DNA from: Candidatus Micrarchaeota archaeon
GTDB taxonomy: Archaea; Micrarchaeota; Micrarchaeia; Anstonellales; Bilamarchaeaceae
Direction: 5' to 3'
Length of the DNA stretch: 64,000 bases
Assembly (NCBI GenBank): GCA_964588555.1
Contig: CAZPPT010000004.1
Span: forward strand, 73,698 to 137,697
Positions 27,783-36,700 of the stretch are shown here, in pieces. Under the pieces are notes generated by a model. It was not told where the DNA came from. It searched no databases and was given only the letters and a program-made list of their open reading frames with translations. The first letter of the stretch is position 1. Each line of letters opens with the position of its first letter. A program made the translations under genes and the position numbers.

Positions 27783-29234
27783 ATGAAAGAGCCAGCAGTT
27801 GTAACGTCAGATGTAATGCCCGCCCAGGGTGCACATGAAGTTGTGGTAGTTAAGAAAGGTTACTTAAGCAACCTCAGGAAGGAAGTGCTTGGAAGCGCTG
27901 AAGCACTTTCAGGCTCCGAAAATATCGTGCTTCGAAAACTCGGCAACCTTGCAGGGGGTGCATTGAATTCATCGGATTACACCTCTCCGCTTGAGTCAAA
28001 GGCAGCATCGCGCATCACTGCAAACTTTTACCTTAATAAGCTCCGCCTTGAAATGTCAATGCCGCAAAGTGAATGGCGGATATTCGTCCGCGACTCCCCG
28101 GACCTGCAGGAAACCATGCTTGACCTTTTTGACATCCGCGTTGCAGAAAGTCTTATTAGGAAATCTACCGTTGACCTTGACGGACATGTGAGCCTGAGCC
28201 GCGAAGAAATCGAGTGTTTTGTCAAATCCGTGTTTTTTTCATCTGCGTATGAAAAAATCGCAGACCGTCTTCTTGGGCATATTTTCAACGTATCCGGCTA
28301 CGATGCCTGCAATGTAATATGGGGATTTTACAATAAGAAGCTCATACGGGGTGAGCGTATCATTGAACATATTGTGCTCCGTGGGGAGGCTTTTCTTGGG
28401 GCACTTATCCAGTCACTCTCAACGCTTGAAGTGCCAAACCGACAATCTATTATCGATAATTTCAGAAGCCGCGTACTTATGGGAGAGCCGCTCATTTCTG
28501 TCATACGCGACCTCCAATTCACCTTTAATGTGCCAGTATCAGCATTGCAACAGTTACGGGACGTCATAATAAAAAACCCATACAATGCAAAGATGCTTGA
28601 AGTCGGGGTTCTTCTTCTCATGGAACATGAGAAGAGCTATCGTCCTTATGATGACTCCGTTGGGTTGGCAACACATCTCTCGAACACCGTTTGGGGCGTC
28701 TATTCAAAGGTGCGCAGGGTAGTGATAAAGCGAAGCTCTCCGCGCGCTAAGAGTTCAAGCAAAGAGCCCCCTTTTGTGTCTGCGGCTGATGCACCATCAA
28801 CGCTTCAAATAACAACTAACGGAAAAAAAGGTGATAATATGAATCTTGCAAATATTTCAAGCGGCGTACAGAAACTTTGCTCACGGGTGACCGATTCGAT
28901 AACCCATAAGAAATGGTCTGGCGGATACGGCACCAAGAAAAGCAGGATCATACATAAGGAAGTGGAAGAAATCAACTCCCCACGAAGCGTCATGCTGGCA
29001 AAGAATGCTCTTTCAGTTGATGATGCGTTTGATGGTTCAGATGATGAGGAGCTGCTTGGATTTGACCTTGACGCGCTTTTGGCACCGGCAGGTTATTCGC
29101 TTGCCCCCAATACGCGCCAAAGCGACCTTAAGCACTACTTTGCAGGCCTGCCGCCGCTCAACCAATTGACGCTTTCCAAATACCATATGGCATTGCAGCA
29201 TGCAAAAAGCGACGGCTTGATTGTGCGGGGATAA
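27783..29234 (+). CDS. Hypothetical protein (484 aa), no recognisable domain
   Basis: Long ORF following a 340 bp AT-rich spacer. ATG at 27783. Confidence 0.45.
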   Translation: MKEPAVVTSDVMPAQGAHEVVVVKKGYLSNLRKEVLGSAEALSGSENIVLRKLGNLAGGALNSSDYTSPLESKAASRITANFYLNKLRLEMSMPQSEWRIFVRDSPDLQETMLDLFDIRVAESLIRKSTVDLDGHVSLSREEIECFVKSVFFSSAYEKIADRLLGHIFNVSGYDACNVIWGFYNKKLIRGERIIEHIVLRGEAFLGALIQSLSTLEVPNRQSIIDNFRSRVLMGEPLISVIRDLQFTFNVPVSALQQLRDVIIKNPYNAKMLEVGVLLLMEHEKSYRPYDDSVGLATHLSNTVWGVYSKVRRVVIKRSSPRAKSSSKEPPFVSAADAPSTLQITTNGKKGDNMNLANISSGVQKLCSRVTDSITHKKWSGGYGTKKSRIIHKEVEEINSPRSVMLAKNALSVDDAFDGSDDEELLGFDLDALLAPAGYSLAPNTRQSDLKHYFAGLPPLNQLTLSKYHMALQHAKSDGLIVRG

Positions 29235-30197
29235 GTAAAAAATAGCGAAAAATTAATCTATATTTTCTCACTCGCCAAAAGATTTTAATTCTCAAGCTGC
29301 TTTCGCAGTTTGCTCTTTCGAGCAAAGGAAATGAAAACGAAGATAAATGTTAACTATAACAAATATGCCATGGATGAAAAATTAGCTGAGCTTATTGGTA
29401 TTCTTTTAGGAGATGGATGTATCAGTACCTATCATTGTAAATCAGGTAACAAAGGACAAACCCAATACCGAATAAAAATAACCCTTAATGCAATTAAAGA
29501 TTTAGAATACTCAAATTATGTGAGTACTCTACTTGAACACATATTTAAGCAAAAACCAAAAATTTATTTTAGAAAGGATGAGAATACCTTAGATATATAC
29601 CTACTGGGAAAGCAACATGTAGATTTTCTACTTAATCTTGGTATGACCTTATCTCCTAAATGGGCTAGGGCTCAGATACCAAAAGAATTTATTTTGCCCC
29701 CACTAGATAAATTTGTAGTTCGGGGATACGCTGATACAGATGGATGTATCTGTAATGTAAATAATAACGGTATTCGTTATCCCCGAATTGAAATGAAAAT
29801 TTGTCCTTCTCCAATGCAATCTCAGTTTATTCAAATTCTTAAGAATAATGGATTTGAACCTCAAATAAACAAACTTGAAAGAGGTAAAATACGAATTGCG
29901 CTTTCTGGGATGAAGAAATTAAAGAAATGGTTAGACTTAATCGGCTTTTCTAATAAGAGAAATATAACTATGGCAGAATATTTTATAAAAGAAATAGCGG
30001 GAGGTAGATTTGAACTACCGACCTTTACCCATGCTTTAGATAAATAATCTTCTAAATGCATTTCGGGTTATGAGCTTCGTCCCAAACCTTTAGTAAACTT
30101 ATAATAAATACCTAAAAGTTCGGTCCGACGGGAACTCCAGGCTCCCCCATCCCGCTTTTAATAAGGATTATATTTATATTGCCAATCCTTTATAAAG
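29235..30197 (+). mobile_element. Low-GC insertion carrying the free-standing LAGLIDADG endonuclease gene. It is flanked by hairpin-forming noncoding DNA.
   Basis: Sharp compositional drop. Hairpins AGCTGC-TTTC-GCAGTT and TTTGCTC-TTTC-GAGCAAA sit immediately upstream of the ORF. Confidence 0.5.
29310..30047 (+). CDS. Double-motif LAGLIDADG homing endonuclease
   Basis: Motif 1 LIGILLGDGCI and motif 2 VRGYADTDGCI are separated by about 100 aa. GC is around 30-35%, well below the flanking DNA. Confidence 0.8.
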   Translation: MLFRAKEMKTKINVNYNKYAMDEKLAELIGILLGDGCISTYHCKSGNKGQTQYRIKITLNAIKDLEYSNYVSTLLEHIFKQKPKIYFRKDENTLDIYLLGKQHVDFLLNLGMTLSPKWARAQIPKEFILPPLDKFVVRGYADTDGCICNVNNNGIRYPRIEMKICPSPMQSQFIQILKNNGFEPQINKLERGKIRIALSGMKKLKKWLDLIGFSNKRNITMAEYFIKEIAGGRFELPTFTHALDK

Positions 30198-30743
30198 TTG
30201 TTGATATGTATGGCTGGCAAAATGAAAGGCAGTGAAGGAACTGGCGCTAAAATTATCAGCTTAGGCGAAAGACGGGAAACTCCATTTCGTGCACGAAGCC
30301 CCTCCCCTGAAATTTCGAGAATTTCGGCAATGCAGGTAATTTCTGAAATTCAAGGCATTTTAGCTGAGTGGGCTGAAGATGTTCAGCAAGCACTCAGGAT
30401 TCCCAGAGACGGCCTATTTAAGCGTAGGGATCAGGATGGCGCCACATTGTATTCTTCTGACGACCAATTCACCATTACATCAGTCATTAACTTATTTAGT
30501 GGGGCATTGGAAGTGCCTTCAAAACTTCCGGACTATGGATTTGCCATTTATGAAACACCTGGCAGCACATACTTTGTTCTTTTTGATTCAGAGCGAAACA
30601 TCTGTATTCGCCAAAAAATCATGCGTACCTTAGTCAATCCGGCAAATGCAACCTGGGCCGACGTTGCCCGTACAATTACTTATGCGGAAAAGCAAGCGAG
30701 CACAAGCGGACAAACGGCTCTTGTCGACAAAGAATCGTTTTAA
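30198..30743 (+). CDS. Hypothetical protein (181 aa)
   Basis: ORF converging tail-to-tail with the giant gene, with a 4 nt overlap. Confidence 0.4.
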   Translation: MLICMAGKMKGSEGTGAKIISLGERRETPFRARSPSPEISRISAMQVISEIQGILAEWAEDVQQALRIPRDGLFKRRDQDGATLYSSDDQFTITSVINLFSGALEVPSKLPDYGFAIYETPGSTYFVLFDSERNICIRQKIMRTLVNPANATWADVARTITYAEKQASTSGQTALVDKESF

Positions 30744-33700
30744 GTTGGCGCAGGCGGCGGCACGGTTGGTTTTTCAAGGCTCTGCAGCACCTGTTTTGCA
30801 TCCCTTCTAAATACGAGAACCGCCTGGTTTAAGACTCCGTTTTTTGCAAACTGGTCCATCGTATCACTGCCGTACGTATCGTTTAAGTGCTTATCAAATG
30901 CACGCACATTTCGCGCTTCTTCTCCAGAAAGTTTTGCAATTTCCGTCTCGTTCCCCCTCACCTGCATATACAGGAGCCGTAAGTTTTCCGCCCTCTCGCT
31001 TACGAGAACCTCATCATGGAGCCGGCCCATCGTCCCGGCGAAATCATCGGCACCGTTTTGCCTTAGGAATTGGTCAAATACCGGGATCACCCCAACTTTT
31101 ATTTTTTCCCCATCTTTGGCCGTGATTGTTTTTTCTGCAACCAATGTACTCCTTCCTTCAGTGTCAGTCATTACATAGCGGTCCATCCCATTGGAGGGCC
31201 GCGGTTCGGAGGGGGTCTCGTCTCTTGCAAGTTGGTCAAGCTGGGCCTGCGTAAGCCTTCTTCCGACCCCGTATTGTTTTCCATCATTATCCTTAAAATG
31301 CCTTGTCATGCTTCTTCTATACGCAGGCGTACTCCCGACACCCCGATACCAGCGTGCCGCACCTCGCATGAGCGGACCATCGTTGTGTTCGCCAAATGCC
31401 CTGCCTGCGATATCTGCAATCGAATGAGTACTGCCGTATTCACTGTTTGTTTGCCTTGTAAGTTCTACAAAAAATCGCAGCATATCTTCTCCGCCAACCC
31501 GTTCTATGAGCATCGAATCATCGAGCGTACCGTCGCCATTTACCTTTATATGGAAATCGGCAAAGCTGTCATTGTCAATATTCCCAAATTTGAGCACGAC
31601 CGTTTTTGTTCCCTCGCCACTTGGCACTTCAAGAACCTTGTAACCGTTACTTTTGAGCCACGCAACATCTGCCCTGCCAGTTACTTCAAGTGCCATGATG
31701 ACAAGGTTTGCATTCCGTCGATCCCATGCCCCGCTGCTTATTGAGCCGGCATATGCATACCCGAGCTCTTCAAATAATGTATCCTGGTTGTTCATGACAA
31801 TGTCCCGAAGCGCCTTATTGCCTTCAGTTTTAAGGTCATTAAGCTCTGATGCAAGCATTGTTTTTACTTTGATCGCCCTCCCCTTTGTTCCTGTTTTTGA
31901 TTCAAAGGAAACCTTTCCTTGGAAATCATTGATACTTTTGGAAACGCCATACGTTACTTTTTGGCCGGTGAGCGGGTCAACAAACGCAAGCGGCCTGCCC
32001 CCAATGCGGGTTATGGTTTCAGGCGCCGGCATATTTGAAATAAGTGAGGCCTTTGCACCGGTCGCTTCCGGCGTGAGGTTCTGTTCTTTTATATAAACGG
32101 TTTCGCGTTTCCCATCCTTTCTCTGTAGCGTGACGCTAAATGCGCCCCTGTCAGTAGCATAACCTTGTTCTGCACTGCCAATTTGATTTGTATGGTTTAC
32201 CCCGATAATCTTGGTTCCTGCACCTGCCGTCGGACTGAGTGCGTCAAGCAGCTGTCCGGTTGTAAGTATTGCAAGGAGTCTCGCACGGCGTTGGTTGCCG
32301 ATGATGTTCGGCCCAAGCCCCTCCCCGAACCGTACGCCCATATTTTCCAGTTGGTCAAAAACAACAAATCGCGCTTCTTCCTCACGGATGAACGAAATGA
32401 GCTGTGCGTCTGTTGGTCCCTTTTCACCAAACCTCCCGTATAATGCCGCCCCTATTGATTTTTCTTCATTGCTGAGCGCATCCCACCGCTTGAGTCCGCG
32501 GTTTATCTCCATTTGCTGTTCTTCAGTAAGGGTTCCCCATACTGTGTTATTTCTTTTTTTCTCAAGAAGCGGCTTTGCCGTTGCATATGCCTCCATTAAC
32601 CCGCTTAAGTCATTGAGTTCCGATGTTGATACTTCCCTCGTGGCGGATGCAGTGTATTCCCTTGTAAGAAATCCCCTTTTAGTTCCTAATGTTCCTTCAA
32701 GTGCCCTTAATCCCTCAAGCTCGTTTTGAACCACAGGGGGCGTACGTGCCCTTCTTCTTAACAATCGCCCTATTGTTTGTCTGGTTTCCCTTGCGGTTGC
32801 GGCTATCCGCTCTTTTATTTCACGTAGTCTTTGCCTGAATGTCCTTTGCGCCGGTTTTGCCGTGGTTTCTGGAAGCACTGGCTGTTCTACGCGTTTTTTA
32901 GTCGGCGGCGCAAATTCAGGTACAGTGCCTGTCCGCGGGGCTTGCGTTCCATGCATTCTAGATTGTCTAACGGGGACGTTCTTTTCAGGCATCGTGGTTC
33001 TTCGTTCTTTTGGTTTTTGCGCAATGCGAGCGGTTTCTTCCCTTACGCGTACAACCGCTGTTTTTTCTACTGGTGCTTGCCTTGGCAGTTTTCCTCCCGT
33101 AATTGTCACCTCGCCCGCACTTTCGTATTCTTCAATTGCCATTGCAAGCATTGCGCGCCTAAACTCGTCTATCTGGCGTACATGGTCCCTTCTCCTTCTT
33201 TTTAGGTTGGCAACCTCTTCTTTTTGTTTCCCATTCTTGCGCTTTATACCTGAGAGTATTTTTAGTCGTCCATCTATCAGCCCTATTTGCCGTGCATTTT
33301 CAGCTACTGCGCCTGCTGCCACCTTAAAGAGCGGCTTATTCGCGAGGTTTTCAACCGTACCCGCTTTCTCAGGCGAGACATCGTCAATACTTTTTTTATC
33401 TCGTACAATTTGTTCTGCTTCACTTATTCGTGCGATTACCTCTTCTGCATCAGCCCGTGAAAGCGTATGTGTGGCATCACGCCCGGTCAGTATGAACCGT
33501 TCTTTTCCTTCTTCGTCTACCGACCTACTGGTAAATGCGTTTTCCCATTGGAGGCGTTCACTGTCTACGTTTGGCTCTTGGCGGGGCATTCGCCCAACGT
33601 GGGTCATTTCCCTTTCCCGTGCCGTTTCCTCTCCTATTGGAGGTTGCACCCTACTTCGTATTTGTTCAGTCCGTTCATAGCGAAGCTCCCCTTCTTCTGT

Positions 33701-36700
33701 TCTTTGGGCAATAGTTGGATCAGATCCCTCGTCCGGAACGAGTTTTCCACTTAGTGTTTCTCCTGATTCAAGATCGATCTCTTTAGTTTTTTCTACCACT
33801 CGAAGAGTCGGTTCTCTTTTCTTTTGTCCCGCGTCAACGCGTTCATTGTACGCATCAATACTTCTTTGCATTCTTTCAGGCACTGTACCAACCGGACGCA
33901 TTCTTCCGCTTTTGGGATCAATATCCACCTGTATCATTCGTTCCGGCCTTGTGTTGCTTGCATTTATTACATTTTCGTCCTTATCTATGCCAATTGTCAC
34001 AGGTTGCCACTCTGTCCGTTCATCCCCGACTGCCCGCCGTACCATACGTTGTGCCTGCGCCTGCAGGTTAAGTGCCATAAGGGCGTCCGCCATTTCTTCC
34101 GTAGACTGGGCTGCTCTTTGCGTTTGTGCCTCTTTTGGTTTTGTTCCTTTAAGCCACGCAAAGAACGACTCCTTGTCAAACCGGCCGGTCCGTATCTCAT
34201 CTTCTGAAATGGTCTTCCTTACTTTCTGCCCGTTTTCCATATATTCAAATTCATATCGTGTCCCGTTTCTTGTTGCCCGCGCATTGTGTGTCACTCCTTC
34301 CTTTCGAAGTTCATCGGTTGTAACTCCAAAAACCCGTTTTAGGAACCGTTCACGCGCACTTTGCGCCTGCGTTCGTAGCGTGGGCGGCGCTTCTGGTTGC
34401 ATAGCGACGGTCGCTTCCGGTTTTATAACCACCGTTGGTTCCTCGCGCGGTTTTGGTGGAGTAAAATCAACTCGGGTTCTCTCTGTTGATCTATCCCGTG
34501 GTTCAATTGGTATTATTTTTGCAACCGGTTCGTCCTTAACTGCCCCCCGCGTTTCTTCGCTGCGTGGTTTTGGTTCAATACGTCCGATCGGTACGCGCGC
34601 ACTTTTTTGTGCCTCACGCTGCCGGCGTACTTCGTCAAGCGAGATGACTTTAGTGACCGGTTCTTGTTTTATTTCATCCGCAACAATATTTTTCGCTGCC
34701 ATGGCTGCCCTTTGGAGATCTCCTTTAGACAAATTACCTTTTGGCAGCATACGGGCCGCTTCCTGAATCGCGCGGGGGAGCGACTGCAATTTCTGTGGGT
34801 CGTTTCGTGCCGCAACAATTTGTTCAGCCACATTGCGGATGCGTTGTTCAACCGCCGAAGCACTAGCCCCCGGTTTCATCTCGCTCACAAATGTCTTTAC
34901 AAACTGCTTTATTCCTTCCCATGCCGCATCAGTATAAACGGTGTATTGGCTTCCGACGCTGTGCATTTTCTTGACGCCCGCATCTTCTTCGGCCTTTGTT
35001 GCTGCAATGGAATCGCTTGCGGCCTGTGCCCCCGCTTCCCGTGCTTTTTTAATTGCTGCGCTTATACGTGTGGGGGGTTTTGCCCGCGGTTTTTCGCTTC
35101 CTTCTGCAATTGATTGATATGTTCTCTTCACCTCTTCAAGCCGTGCACGGTATGCCGCCGTGTCAAGGCCTCCCTCGCCCCCCCGCAGTGCCGCAACCTC
35201 AAGCTCCGCAATTGCCCGGGCATACACTTTCCGTCGCTCTTGAGCTGGCAGCTGTTCAGCCTCTGCAACCATCCTTAGGACCGAACCGACTTCCTCCTGG
35301 ATTATTCTTGCTTTTGCATCTTTTAGGTTCCCAACCGCGCCGATCCGTGCGAACCGCCTTTCAATCATCGATTCGGGAAAGATAATTCCTCGTGCGCGTT
35401 CTCTAGCCTTTTTTGCATGTTCACGTAATCTATCTACTACTGTTTGTGCAGAGGGTTCAGTTGCTTCTTGTGGCATGATTGCTTTTTGAGGTGCAGCTTG
35501 CTCAACTTTCCTCCCGATTGGGACGCGCGCAATATATTCGTTAAAATCCATCGTCTCGCTAAAGAGGTTTCCCGTATCCCTGTTCTTTGTATAGTATCCA
35601 TTCACAAGCGCAGCTGCCTCAGCAACGTCAAATACGCCTTTTGCATTATAACGCCCAAGAATGGCAACCGATTCCTCATCTGTAAGTGCCCTTCCTATAA
35701 GGTGTTCAAGCTGTGCATACCCCGTCCGCACTTCTTTTGAGCTTGCGCGATATGCTTGTGTTCGTGCCTGTTCAAGTGCCATGGCCTGCTGCCGCTCAAA
35801 TTCGCCTTTTGATGCGCCAAACACAAGTCCTGCCGCTGCCCTGAATGCACGCGCACTTCTCGCTTCTGATGTCATGAGCCCGGCATATCTCGTACCAAGA
35901 ACGCGCGTTGCACTCACCTGCATTGCAGACTGCGCTGAAGAAAATCCCGTTACGAGCGCCTCGGCTAAACCCATTTGTCCTGCCTGATACGCCCCCATAT
36001 TGGTTGCAATAGTGCTTGCGCCAAGTACCAGGCCCCCACCAAGTAGTCCAGTTCCGATTACCCGGGCAGTTCTCGATCCCTGCGCAATGAGCCCAAGTTC
36101 GGTTGCTGCAGAGAACTTTGCACCGGCTATCCCAAGGCCGATTCCTGCAAGTGAGAGCGCGTGCTGTTCGGCAGTGAGCCCACTTGCACCTGCCGTTTGT
36201 ATTTGGCTATAGTAATCAATACTTCCGCTTGTTGCATAATATGCGGCAATTACGGGAGACAGCGTACCACCGCTTAGCACGTTTGCGATATTTGCAGCAA
36301 CAAACTCTGTCCCCACACGTACGGCACGGACAGTACTTTCAATTTCCTGCCCCCTCTTATATAGTGACGCAATGCTGCTTTCGGCAGTTGCAGCGCCTCT
36401 TCTGAGCCTTCCACGCAGTTGCTGTTGGAGAAACGGGTCATTGTTTTTGGTTATGCTGCCCGTAATCTGTCCGGTTTCTTTTGCCTGTGCGAGTGCCTGC
36501 CGGTACATCCCTTTTCGTTCCTCTGCGTTGAAAACACTCGTAAGGCTTGCGGCGGTCAGGAATGTTTGCACGTTTGCCCAGAGGGTTGCGTATGCAAGGT
36601 TATATGTCTTTTGCTGTTCTTGCGTAAGGCTCATTTTTTCATAACGATTCGTACCACTAACAGGTGTATAGCCAAGTGATGCAAGCATTGCAGCACTGTA

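Noticed and set aside
29235-30197. LAGLIDADG gene as an rRNA-intron-encoded enzyme
   Set aside because: The only rRNA gene in the window is 25 kb away, and the flanks show no rRNA-like sequence. A cryptic tRNA/16S fragment cannot be fully excluded without a search.
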